Shown in pieces: positions 12,522-24,360 of a stretch of DNA of 64,000 nucleotides. Within the stretch, counting starts at the first letter, position 1; every line of letters begins with the position of its first letter. The notes under the pieces are model-generated. The model did not search any database. It saw nothing but the letters and a program-made list of their open reading frames with translations, and was not told where the DNA came from. The DNA is from Tubulanus polymorphus (Eukaryota; Animalia; Nemertea), in assembly GCF_964204645.1 (NCBI RefSeq), contig NC_134033.1, positions 2,686,131 to 2,750,130 on the forward strand, in the 5' to 3' direction. A program made the position numbers and the translations under genes.

Positions 12522-13727
12522 ATGAGAAACTTTACGCTACCTCCGCTACCGACACGGCCTACTCCACCAATGCCGCAGTTTATCAGGGCTTTCGTACATT
12601 TTCTCAGCGAGTACAATGTTGTATGGCGCGTTAAAATCGCTGAAGTATTATTAATATATCCGCTGGGAAGCGCGTTTAACTTTCTAACAATCATTTTACT
12701 GATAAAGTGTCGCAGATTTCAGTCAGTTCGTTACACGTTCCCCTATCTTATAACACTAGCGTTTTCGGATCAACTTGTCGTATTGTTTGGATTACGATCA
12801 TTTGCTCACATCATCGTGTTAACCATAACCCGTGGATTAGGATACTATCCGGAATGTAAAAGTTGGACTCTATTAGGGCATCAAAAGGGCATCGCATCAT
12901 GTCCATCGATTTACTATTATTGGCATTATTTCTATCGAGTAATTGAACGGTATACTCCGGTTTGTTACATCGAGAATTTGTTCAATAATCAAGCGATCAC
13001 TGTGTCTAATTATATCATTGTTGTGATTTCTATCGAGAGATTTGTCTCCGTTCGTTTTCCTTTTTTTCACATGCAACATTTTACCGAAATTCGACGTAGA
13101 TTTGCCGTAATAATTGCAGTCACTTTTGCCGTCATTTTGAACTTGGATCTGCCGATAATAAATCGAATTAGGTTAATAGAAAGGAATGATGGTGGCTTTG
13201 ATGAGTTTATCTGTAGTTATAATAATCCTGACAACATTTTAACGGTTCAAACATACAGATCTGTTGCGGTATTTATTCGGGATATAGTCCCGGCTTTCAT
13301 TGTAGTAACAACATCAGTGGCAACTGCTAGAATTCGCCGGGGAGGTAAAACACGTATTGGCGCCTCAGTCGGCAACAGTCGTCATAAAACTGAAACCAGT
13401 AAAACACTTCTACTAATAGTTCTTGTTTATCTGTTACTAGTAATGCCATACGCTATATGTGAATGTACGGACAAGTTGAGCAGTTTGGTGCCCTTTTTAG
13501 TGCGTCGAATTAATGGCTTTGAAATCACTATCGGAGAAACCCCCATCCTACAATTCTTTGTTAGGATACTGTGGAATATATTAGCCCGGATATTAACGCT
13601 TCCTCGACAGTGCGTTTTCTGCGTGAATTTCTTTATATACGTAACAACGCTGAGAGTTTTCCGACACAAACTTGTCGGTGTTTTCCGCTGTAACTGTCGC
13701 CGAACGATTCCGAGTCAGTCCCAGTAG
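12522..13727 (+). CDS. Intronless class A 7TM GPCR, paralog 4 (401 aa)
   Basis: Complete ORF with ERF, MPY and NFFIY motifs; highly similar to the other paralogs. Confidence 0.9.
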   Translation: MRNFTLPPLPTRPTPPMPQFIRAFVHFLSEYNVVWRVKIAEVLLIYPLGSAFNFLTIILLIKCRRFQSVRYTFPYLITLAFSDQLVVLFGLRSFAHIIVLTITRGLGYYPECKSWTLLGHQKGIASCPSIYYYWHYFYRVIERYTPVCYIENLFNNQAITVSNYIIVVISIERFVSVRFPFFHMQHFTEIRRRFAVIIAVTFAVILNLDLPIINRIRLIERNDGGFDEFICSYNNPDNILTVQTYRSVAVFIRDIVPAFIVVTTSVATARIRRGGKTRIGASVGNSRHKTETSKTLLLIVLVYLLLVMPYAICECTDKLSSLVPFLVRRINGFEITIGETPILQFFVRILWNILARILTLPRQCVFCVNFFIYVTTLRVFRHKLVGVFRCNCRRTIPSQSQ

Positions 13728-14603
13728 TCAGTGGGGTAAGGCGTGATGCTGTTGCATTCATTCACTACCCTATCAGTGTCGAGTGGCAAACGGGTTTGAG
13801 TTCTGCTGGCTGCTTACAGTGCGTGCGGGGCTGTTGTCCAATCGTGACGGTAGATGATGGTAAATCAATGATCCAAAAGGATTGAAATAAATGATATTAA
13901 TATCACTTAAGCTGTACCATTTAATCAATTACCTAAACTTGATATTTAATGTCGTGGAAGCTAGGAACAAGGAAATTAACTTAGTTTTATTGAAGCCTCG
14001 ATCGATGAAATATATTGATTAATGTTTTCGATAATGAATAACTGAATGACAATGGGAACAGCATTAAACGAATATGATACCAAGATTCATTCGCATCTGC
14101 GATGTACGGCGTATTCAGATCTCACTGGCCATGTTTTGGTAGAAAAAAAACATATCATCAATTCAATCCATTGAATCGATAATATTGATCGGCAACTAAT
14201 ATTGCCCCAATGGAATCCTAGTAGTCAATTAAGATTCATTACCAAAAATATAATTCACAAAATTTTGCTTATTGTAAAATAATGGCCAAAATGTTCTCAA
14301 CTGTATTTTATATTGACGCCGGTTTGTGAAACGCCAATATCGATGACGTAGTGCACGTCATCGACACACACACTACCCTAACCCCTCCCTTTTCGGAAAA
14401 ACCGCAAAAGGTTGAAGCTCATTTTTGCTTTTTTCTCAAAAAGATAAACCTGCTTGTCTTAACTCTCAAGTTCATCGATATCCATCAGATATTCCAGTCT
14501 GTATCGTGCTGAACAAGAAATCCAAGATGGCTACCCTGGTGGCCATATTTGACGTCTGACCTCCATTTAGAAAGTGTTGGGCATTGAAACGACTGTAAGA
14601 CAT

Positions 14604-17243
14604 CCAGGAAGAAAGATACTCTAAATATTTGGATGGATATATGAAAGCTGTGGGTACTGGAGTGTGTAATGGGTAGTGTAGTGTGATCTGTGTGCATTTG
14701 TGGCCAGCACACAGATCACATTGTTCATTGGGGTTTGGTCCAGGACTCGCAAGATTTTCAACAACACGGAAGTAACGTGTAATAAATGATGACTTGAATT
14801 GCATGACTACCTACCACCCCTCATTATTGTTGGAAAACTAAACGTTCGGCACTGACTAAAAATGAGTAATAACATTTTAGAAATTGCCAGAATTTTAACT
14901 TAGGTTCTATCTCTTTTTTATTTTACAATTGCGATTGGTATAATTTTTTTTTAAACGGCCGTTAAGGCTTCATGTTTCGTCTGCAATTCACTGCAAATAG
15001 TTACGCAACTACGCACATTTCAGTGTTTTTGGCAGCTGTACACTCAATCGGCACCGTTCGTGACTAGCTTCACTGCGGAATTATCATTAACTAACATCGC
15101 CATATCACATCATCAACTTATATTGAGCCTTAAAACTCTAACAGCCGAAATAATTGAAATGCACACACGATTTCTATCATTGAAAATTGAGAGAGTGGCC
15201 ATGTTTGTGTTTGCTGCTTCGCGTAAATCCCGCGCGGTGGCGCAACCGCGCGGAGTGGGGCCGATACGTCCAGTTCAGCGCTGAGTTACAAGCTGGTTCT
15301 AGTCCTGCTGGCTGTGTACAGTGTACGGGGCCTTAATCCCATCCTGAAGGTGAAACCATGATAAATGGATAACCCAACAGGGTCAGTATGTGGTGAAACC
15401 AAGATCCAACTCTAAAGCAAGATAAACTCTCATTACAAATAAAACGTTATTAATATCACTAAAACTGTACCATTTAATCAATTCTCTGCACTTGATATCA
15501 ATGTTGTTGAAGCTTTAAACAAGAAAACTAACTAACTCAGTTTATTGAAGCCTTGAACGATAAAATGCATTGCTTAATATTGTCGATAATGAATAACTGA
15601 ACGTTTGTGTTAAAACACGGAGGATTAAACGAAAATATGATACCAAGACTCAACTGCATCCGCGGTGCATTTCGTATTCAGATTTCACTGATCACATTTA
15701 GGTAGTAAATTTATATCGACAATTTAATGTTGTGCTAATTGCGATCGAAATTCATTTTAAAGAAGAAATAAAAATTCACCAGATAGAAAATAAGGATCGG
15801 GCCACATCAAAAAAGATACGACACTCGATATTCATCATTCATTTTTTTGTTTACATTTTGTACTTTTCGTGTTAACGCCACGTTACAACCAACCTTTCGG
15901 GGAGACCAACTCAAACAAAAACAAACAAACGAAATCGACCAATCAAATAAGTTATAGGGTCAATCAGTATTTTCAGATGAAGAAAATTCTAACCTATCGT
16001 TTTTACTGCGAATTAAGAAAATATGGTTTTAACAAAAAAAAACAGGTTAAACCCGAAAAGACCACGTTACAACGAACAACTGATCTTTCTTAAAATCTTA
16101 AAGCAGTGATTGACCCTGATGTTCATTTAATTAGGTAGATTTCACTTGATTTGTTTCGATTTGATCAGTGTCCCTTACAGACCCACCCACGACACCTGCC
16201 GGGAACGAAACAGGGGGTTCGAATTAGAAATCAGCAAAGCAATCGAAGTACAGATATAGTTGGCGATATATATCCGATCGGTTGTCCAATTTACAGATTT
16301 TCTTTGTTTGAATCGAAGTACGTAATTGGAACTGGTTTAAAAATGGCTCAAAACGAGAAAAATGTGGCGTTATGGCGGCTAGAAACTTTAAAACGGTTAC
16401 TAAATCTTACATTCAACGAGCGCTCTTTCAGTTAATTTTTGCTTTCTTGGCCTTATCTCTGTAAACTAGCTGCCAATAGATTTGTTGCGAAGTTAGACAT
16501 TTTTCGCGAAATGGATCCTCGGACACATTGGTGGTTCAAAGAGTTTTCGACTGCGGGAACAAAAACTAGGGTTTCGTTCTGGACGTATCGGCCCCACGCC
16601 ACGCGGTTGCGCCACCGCGCGGGATTTATGCGAAGCAGCAGAACACAAACATGGCCACTCTCTCAATTTTCAATGATAGAAATCGTGTGTGCATTTCAAT
16701 TATTTCGGCTGTTAGGGTTTTAAGGCACAATACTAGTTGATGATGTGATATGGCGATGTTAATTAATGATAATTCCGCAGTGAAGCTAGTCACGAACGGT
16801 GCCGATTGAGTGTACAGCTGCCAATAACACTGAAATGTGCGTAGTTGCGTAACTATTTCCAGTGAATTGCAGACGAAACATGAAGCCTTAACGGCCGTTT
16901 AAAAAAAATTATACCAATCGCAATTGTAAAATAAAAATGAGATAGAACCTAAGTTAAGCTGGCCATTTCTAAAATGTTATTACTTATTTTTAGTCAGTGC
17001 GGAACGTTTAGTTTTCCAACAATAATGAGGGGTGGTAGGTAGTCATGCAATTCAAGTCATCATTTATTACACGTTACTTCCGTGTCGTTGAAAATCTCGC
17101 GAGTCCTGGACCAAACCCCAATGAACAATGTGATCTGTGTGCTGGCCACAAATGCACACAGATCACACTACACTACCCTATACACACTCCAGTACCCACA
17201 GCTTTCATATATCCATCCAAATATTTAGTGTCTTTCTTCCTGG
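14604..17243. repeat. Long inverted repeat: arms 14604-15273 and 16579-17243, spacer ~1.3 kb
   Basis: The arms are reverse complements, also visible as the mirrored ORFs 14472-14804(-) and 17045-17287(+). Confidence 0.9.
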
Positions 17244-17787
17244 GTACTATTTTTGGGGCCCGGCCCTACGCACCTTCGAGCTGCTAACCTAATTGTTGTC
17301 TGATGCCAGCAAGATATTCACACGGTTAGAATTTTACCAAATGTTGTCAAAATCGATTATAGGACCGATCAAATATGAATAAACACGCAACACAAATATT
17401 TGTTTTTATTTAAGAGAAAATATGGCTCAACCAACCGGACGAAAAGTATCCTAACAAAACGGCGGCAAGCAACTTTAAAATGGTTTCTAAAACTTACATT
17501 CAAAGCGCGCTCGTTCTCTGCGTTCTCAGTTCGTCTGTAATGTGCCTACGGCTGCATAAAGCCGACAGATTCGAAGCGCGTTCAACTACCATGTACGGAA
17601 AAGAAAAAAAAACAGGGAGTGTCAATCTAGAGAGCTTACCGGCAGTCTGCCGTGAGAGAGACAGACAGAGAGAGGGGAGAGAGAGGGAGGAGAGATATCG
17701 TAAACTCGATGCTACTGAACTGGCTCAGTTTGTGCGAAGGAGGAAAACTTCAGGTTATCGCTCAAACGCTCGTGAGATTTATGTACG

Positions 17788-19011
17788 ATGAGAAACTTGA
17801 CGCTGCCGTCGTTACCAACGCCCCCTGCAACACGGCCGCTACCTGCGTCGCCACCTCAGTTTATCAGGGCTTTCTTACATTTTCTCCATGAATACAATGT
17901 TGTATGGCGCGTTAAAATCGCTGAAGTATTGTTCATATATCCGCTGGGAAGCGTGTTCAACTTTCTGACAATCATTTTACTGATAAAGTGTCGCAGATAT
18001 CAGTCAGTTCGTTACACGTTCCCCTATCTCATAACTCTAGCGTTTTCGGATCAACTTGTCGTGTTGTTTGGTTTAAGATCATTCGCTCACACCATCGTGT
18101 CAACCATAACCCGTGGATTAGGATACTATCCGGAATGTAAAAGTTGGACTCTACTTGGGCGTCAAAAGGGCATCGCATCATGTCCATCGATTTACTATTA
18201 TTGGCATTATTTCTATCGAGTAATTGAACGGTATACTCCAGTTTGTTACATCGATAATTTGTTTAAAAATCAATCGATCACTGTGTCTAATTATATCATT
18301 GTTGTGATTTCTATCGAGAGATTTGTCTCCGTTCGTTTTCCTTTTTTTCACATGAAACATTTCACCGTAACTCGCCGTAGATTCGCCGTAATAATTGTAG
18401 TCGCTTTTGCCGTCATTTTAAACTTGGATTTACCGATATTCAATAGAATTAGGTTATCAAAAAGGCGTAATGGTGGCTACCACGAGTTCTACTGTAGTTA
18501 TTATAGCAATCGTGACAACGCTGTCATGATTCGTACATACAGATCTGTTGCGGTATTTATTCGGGATATAGTCCCGGTTTTGATTGTAGTTACAACATCA
18601 GTGGCAACTGCTAGAATTCGCCGGGGAGGTAAAACACGTATTGGCGCCTCAGTCGGCAACAGTCGTCATAAAACTGAAACCAGTAAAACACTTCTACTAA
18701 TAGTTCTTGTTTATCTGGTACTAGTAATGCCATACGCTATATGTGACTGTTGGGACAAGTTGTACAATTTGGTGTTCTCGTTAGTGCGTCGATTAAATGG
18801 CTTTGAAATCACTCCTACAGAAACCCCCATCGTTTTCTTTTTTGCTATAATGCTGTGGAATATATTAGCCAAGATATTAACGTTTCCTCGACAGTGCGTT
18901 TTCTGCGTGAATTTCTTCATATACGTAACAACGCTGAGAGTTTTCCGACACAAACTTGTCGGTGTTTTACGCTGTAACTGTCGCCGAACGATTCTGAGTA
19001 AGTCCCAGTAG
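17788..19011 (+). CDS. Intronless class A 7TM GPCR, paralog 5 (407 aa)
   Basis: Complete ORF with the same 7TM motifs. Confidence 0.9.
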   Translation: MRNLTLPSLPTPPATRPLPASPPQFIRAFLHFLHEYNVVWRVKIAEVLFIYPLGSVFNFLTIILLIKCRRYQSVRYTFPYLITLAFSDQLVVLFGLRSFAHTIVSTITRGLGYYPECKSWTLLGRQKGIASCPSIYYYWHYFYRVIERYTPVCYIDNLFKNQSITVSNYIIVVISIERFVSVRFPFFHMKHFTVTRRRFAVIIVVAFAVILNLDLPIFNRIRLSKRRNGGYHEFYCSYYSNRDNAVMIRTYRSVAVFIRDIVPVLIVVTTSVATARIRRGGKTRIGASVGNSRHKTETSKTLLLIVLVYLVLVMPYAICDCWDKLYNLVFSLVRRLNGFEITPTETPIVFFFAIMLWNILAKILTFPRQCVFCVNFFIYVTTLRVFRHKLVGVLRCNCRRTILSKSQ

Positions 19012-21050
19012 TCAGTGGGATAAGGCGAGATGCATTCACTATCAGTGTTGAGCGGTATCGGGTTCGAGTCCTGCTGCCTGCTTATAGCGTGTGCGGGCTT
19101 CGAGTCCTGCTGGCTGCTTATAGAGTGTGCAGCAACACTTCGCAGACCTTGGTCCCGTCGGGATAGAATCTCAGGGGGGGGGGGGCAGACTTGGGAAAAC
19201 CAATCCGGTGTTGAATCACAAATCCAGCTTCCCATCCTAATGTAAACGATGGTAATAATTAACCCAACAGGGTTAGTGTGGTGAAATTAAGATCCAACTG
19301 ACGTAAAGCGCTGAGTAACAAGCAGGTTCTAGTCCTGCTGGCTGTGTACAGTGTACGGGGCCTTAATCCCATCCTGAAGGTGAAACCATGATAAATGAAC
19401 CCAACAGGGTTAGTTTGTGGTAAAACCAAGATCCAACTCTAAAGCAAGACAAACACTAATTTGAAATAAAACGTTATTAATATCACTAAAACTGTACCAT
19501 TTAATCAATTCTCTTCACTTGATATCAATGTTGTTGAAGCTTTAAACAAGAAAACTAACTAACTCAGTTTATTGAAGCCTTGAACGATAAAATGCATTGC
19601 TTTATATTGTCGATAATGAATAACTGAACGTTTGTGTTAAAACACGGAGGATTAAACGAATATCATACCAGGACTCAACCGCATCCGCGGTGCATATTTC
19701 ACTGATCACATTTAGGTAGTAAATATATATCGACAATTTAATGTTGTCTTAATTGCGATCGAAATTCATTTTAAAGAAGAAATAAAAATTCACCAGATAG
19801 AAAATAAGGATCGGGCCACATCAAAAAAGATACGACACTCGATATTCATCATTCATTTTTTTGTTTACATTTTGTACTTTTCGTGTTAACGCCACGTTAC
19901 AACCAACCTTTCGGGGAGACCAACTCAAACAAAAACAAACAAACGAAATCGACCAATCAAATAAGTTATAGGGTCAATCAGTATTTTCAGATAAAGAAAA
20001 TTCTAACCTATCGTTTTTTACTGCGAATTAAGAAAATATGGTTTCAACAAAAAAAAACAGGTTAAACCCGAAAAGACCACGTTACAACGAACAACCGATC
20101 TTTCTTAAAATCTTAAAGTAGTGATTGACCCTGAAGTTCATTTAATTAGGTTCACTTGATTTGTTTCGATTTGATCAGTGTCCCTTACAGACCCACCCAC
20201 GACAACTGCCGGGAACGAAACAGGGGGTTCGAATTAGAAATCAGCAATCGAAGTACAGATATAGCTGGCGATATATATCCGATCGGTTGTCGAATTTACA
20301 GATTTTTTTCGTTTAAATCGGAGTTCGTAATTGGAACTGGTTTAAACATGGCTCAAAACGAGAAAAATGTGGCGTTATGGCGGCTAGAAACTTTAAAACG
20401 GTTACTGAATCTTACATTCAACGAGCGCTCTTTCAGTTACTTTTTACTTACTTGGTCATATCTCTGTAAACTAACTGTCGATAAATTTGTAGCGAAGGTA
20501 GACATTTTTCGCGAAATGGATCCTCGGACACACTGGTGGTTCAAAGAGTTTTCGATTGCGACAACAAGAAACTAGGGTTTGGATTTTGAAAATCGATCGA
20601 AAATCGAAGCACGGATAGCTGGATGTTTTAGCATTGGTTCTGGATATTCAAAGTTATGCTGCAGCTTTAGTAGTGAATATATATAGTTTAAATTTCTTTC
20701 ATATTGTCGCATCAAACCACGAAATAGAACATGTTATATGTATATACATATTTCTGCGCGTGATTTCAAAAATAATACACGACGAGAAATATGTTCACAG
20801 TTCGTCTGTAATTTGCATGTTGCTGCATAAAGCCGACAGATTCGAAGCGCGTTCAACAACCATGTACGGAAAAAACAGGGAGTGTCAATTTAGAGAGCTT
20901 ACCGGCAGTCTGACGTAAGGGAGTGAGAGAGGGAGGAGAGAGGAAGTAGAGAGTTGGAGAGAGAGAGGGAGAGAGAGAGGAAGGAGAGAGAGATGGCAGA
21001 GTGAGGGAGAGATATCGTAAACTCGTAAACGCTCGTGAGATTTATATACG

Positions 21051-22313
21051 ATGAGAAATTTTACGCTGTCGCCACTACCGCAGCTACTACCGACACGACA
21101 GCTACTACCGACACGACAGCTACTACCGACACGACAGCTACTACCGACACGGCCGCCACCTTCGCTGCCAATGCCGCAGTTTATCAGGGCTTTCAATAAA
21201 TTTCTCTACGAAAACAATGTTTTTAGGCGCGTTGATATCGCTGAAGTATTGTTCCTGTATCCGCTGGGAAGCGTGTTCAACTTTCTGACGATCATTTCAC
21301 TGATAAAGTGTCGCAGATATCAGTCGGTTCGTTACACGTTCCCCTATCTCATAACACTAGCGTTTTCGGATCAACTTGTCGTGTTGTTTGGTTTAAGGAA
21401 ATTCGCGAACACCATTGTGTCAATCCTAACCCGTGGATTAGGATACTATCCGGAATGTAAAAGTTGGACTCTACTTGGGCGTCAAAAGGGCATCGCATCA
21501 TGTCCATCGATTTACTATTATTGGCATTATTTCTATCGTGTAATTGAACGGTATACTCCGGTTTGTTACATCGAGAATTTGTTCAATAATCAAGCGATCA
21601 CTGTGTCTAATTATATCATTGTTGTGATTTCTATCGAGAGATTTGTCTCCGTTCGGTTTCCTTTTCTTCACATGCAACATTTCACTGGAACTCGACGTAG
21701 ATTTGCCGTAATAATTGTAGTCGTTTTTGCAACCATTTTAAACTTGGATTTACCGATATTTAATCGAATTAGGTTATCAACGATTGGCTTATACTTATGT
21801 AGTTATAATAATCCCGACAACACTCTCATGGTTCGTACATACAGATCTGTTGCGGTATTTATTCGGGATATAGTCCCGGCTTTCATTGTATTAACAACAT
21901 CAGTGGCAACTGCTAGAATTCGCCGTGGAGGTAAAACACGTATTGGCGCCTCAGTCGGCAACAGTCGTCATAAAACTGAAACCAGTAAAACACTTCTACT
22001 AATAGTTCTTGTTTATCTGTTACTAGTAATGCCATACGCTACATGTGACTGTACGGACAAGTTGAGCAGTTTGGTGCCCTTGTTGGTGCGTCGAATAAAT
22101 GGCTTCAAAATCACTTTTAGAACAACCCCCATCATTTTCTTCTTTGTTAGGATACTGTGGAATATATTAGCCCGGATATTAACGCTTCCTCGACAATGCG
22201 TTTTCTGCGTGAATTTCTTTATATACGTAACAACGCTGAGAGTTTTCCGACACAAACTTGTCGGTGTTTTCCGCTGTAACTGTCGCCGAACGATTCCGAG
22301 TCAGTCCCAGTAG
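21051..22313 (+). CDS. Intronless class A 7TM GPCR, paralog 6 (420 aa; N-terminal QLLPTR x4)
   Basis: Complete ORF; 18-bp unit CAGCTACTACCGACACGA repeated 4 times at 21081-21152. Confidence 0.9.
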   Translation: MRNFTLSPLPQLLPTRQLLPTRQLLPTRQLLPTRPPPSLPMPQFIRAFNKFLYENNVFRRVDIAEVLFLYPLGSVFNFLTIISLIKCRRYQSVRYTFPYLITLAFSDQLVVLFGLRKFANTIVSILTRGLGYYPECKSWTLLGRQKGIASCPSIYYYWHYFYRVIERYTPVCYIENLFNNQAITVSNYIIVVISIERFVSVRFPFLHMQHFTGTRRRFAVIIVVVFATILNLDLPIFNRIRLSTIGLYLCSYNNPDNTLMVRTYRSVAVFIRDIVPAFIVLTTSVATARIRRGGKTRIGASVGNSRHKTETSKTLLLIVLVYLLLVMPYATCDCTDKLSSLVPLLVRRINGFKITFRTTPIIFFFVRILWNILARILTLPRQCVFCVNFFIYVTTLRVFRHKLVGVFRCNCRRTIPSQSQ

Positions 22314-24360
22314 TCAGTGGGATAAGGCGAGATGCATTTACTATCAGTGTTGAGCGGTATCGGGTTCGAGTCCTGCTGCCTGCAGCGTGTGCGGGCTTCG
22401 AGTCCTGCTGGCTGCTTATAGAGTGTGCGGGCAACACTTCGCGGACCTTGGTCCCGTCGGGATAGAATCTCGGGGGGGGGGGGCAGTCTTGGGAAAACCA
22501 ATCCGGTGTAGAATCACAAATCCATCTTCCCATCCTAATGTAAACGATGGTAATAATTAACCCAACAGGGTTAGTGTGGTGAAATTAAGATCCAACTGAC
22601 GTAAAGCGCTGAGTTACAAGCAGGTTCTAGTCCTGCTGGCTGTGTACAGTGTACGGGGCCTTAATCCCATCCTGAAGGTAAACCGTGTTAAATGAAACCA
22701 ACAGGGTTAGTATGTGGTGAAACCAAGATCCAACTCTAAAGCAAGATAAACTCTTATTTGAAATAAAACGTTATTAATATCGCTAAAACTGTACCATTTA
22801 ATCAATTCTCTTCACTTGATATTAATGTTGTTGAAGCTTTAAACAAGAAAACTAACTAACTCAGTTTATTGAAGCCTTGAACGATAAAATGCATTGCTTA
22901 ATATTGTCGAAAATGAATTACTGAGCGTTTTTGTTAAAAACAGGGCGGATTTGACGAAAATATGGTCAATATACCAGGTCTAAACCGCATCTGCGGTGCA
23001 TATCGCATTCAGATTTCAATGGTCACATTTAGGTAGTGAATTTATATCGACAATTCAATGTTGTCCTAATTGCGATCGAAATTCATTTTAAAGAAGACAT
23101 AAAAATTCATCAGATAGAAAATAATATTCGGGCCACATTCAACAAGATACGACGCTCGATAATCACTAATCATTTTTTTTTTTACATTTTTACACTATTC
23201 GTTTTAACGCCACGTTACAACCAACCTTTCGGGGAGACCAACTCAAAAAATCAAACGAAATCATTGACCAATCAAATAAATTATAGGGTCAATCCGTATT
23301 TTAATATATAGAAAGAATTAGCCTTTCGTTTTTACTGCGAATCAGCAAATATGGTTTCAACAAAAAAAAAACAGGTTAAACCCGAAAAGACCACGTTACA
23401 ACGAACAACTGATCTTTCTTAAAATTCTTAAGTAGTGATTGACCCTGAAGTTCATTTAATTGATAGATTTCGCTTGATTTGTTTCGATTTGATCGGTGTC
23501 CCTTACAGACCCACCCACGACACCTGCCGGGAACGAAACAGGGGGTTCAAATTAGAAATCAGCAATCGAAGTACAGATATAGTTGGCGATATATATCCGA
23601 TCGGTTGTCGGATTTACAGAATTTTTTCGTTTAAATCGGAGTTCGTAATTGGAACTGGTTTAAACATGGCTCAAAACGAGAAAAATGTGGCGTTATGGCG
23701 GCTAGGAACTTTAAAACGGTTACTGAATCTTACATTCAACGCGCGCTCTTTCAGTTACTTTTTACTTACTTGGCCATATCTCTGTAAACTAGCCGCCAAT
23801 AAATTTGTTGCGAAGTTAGACATTTTTCGCGAAATGGATCCTCGGACACTGGTGGTTCAATGAGTTTTCGATTGCGACAACAAGAAACTAGGGTTTGGAT
23901 TTTGAAAATCGATCGAAAATCGAAGCACGGATAGCTGGATGTTTTAGCATTGGTTCTAGACTGGATATTCAAAGTTAGGCTGCAGCTTTAGTAGTGAATA
24001 TATATAGTTTAAATTCCTTTCATATTGTCGCGTCAAACCACGAAATACATACATATACATTTATTACATGTATATACATGTTACATGTATATACATATTT
24101 CTGCGCGTGATTTCAAAAATAATACACGACGAGAAATATGTTCACAGTTCGTCTGTAATGTGCGTATTGCTGCATAAAGCCGACAGATTCGAAGCGCATT
24201 CAACAACCATGTACAAACAGGGAGTGTCAATCTGAAGAGCTTACCGGAGGAGAGAGGCAGGAGAGATATCGTAAACTCGATGTAACATAGAACTGAATCA
24301 GTTGACGCGAAGGAGGAAAACTTCAAGTTAATTCTCAAGCGCTCGTGAGATTAATTTACG

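Noticed and set aside
2811-22255. Recurring antisense ORFs inside the GPCRs
   Set aside because: Short shadows of the conserved sense coding segments with no independent support.
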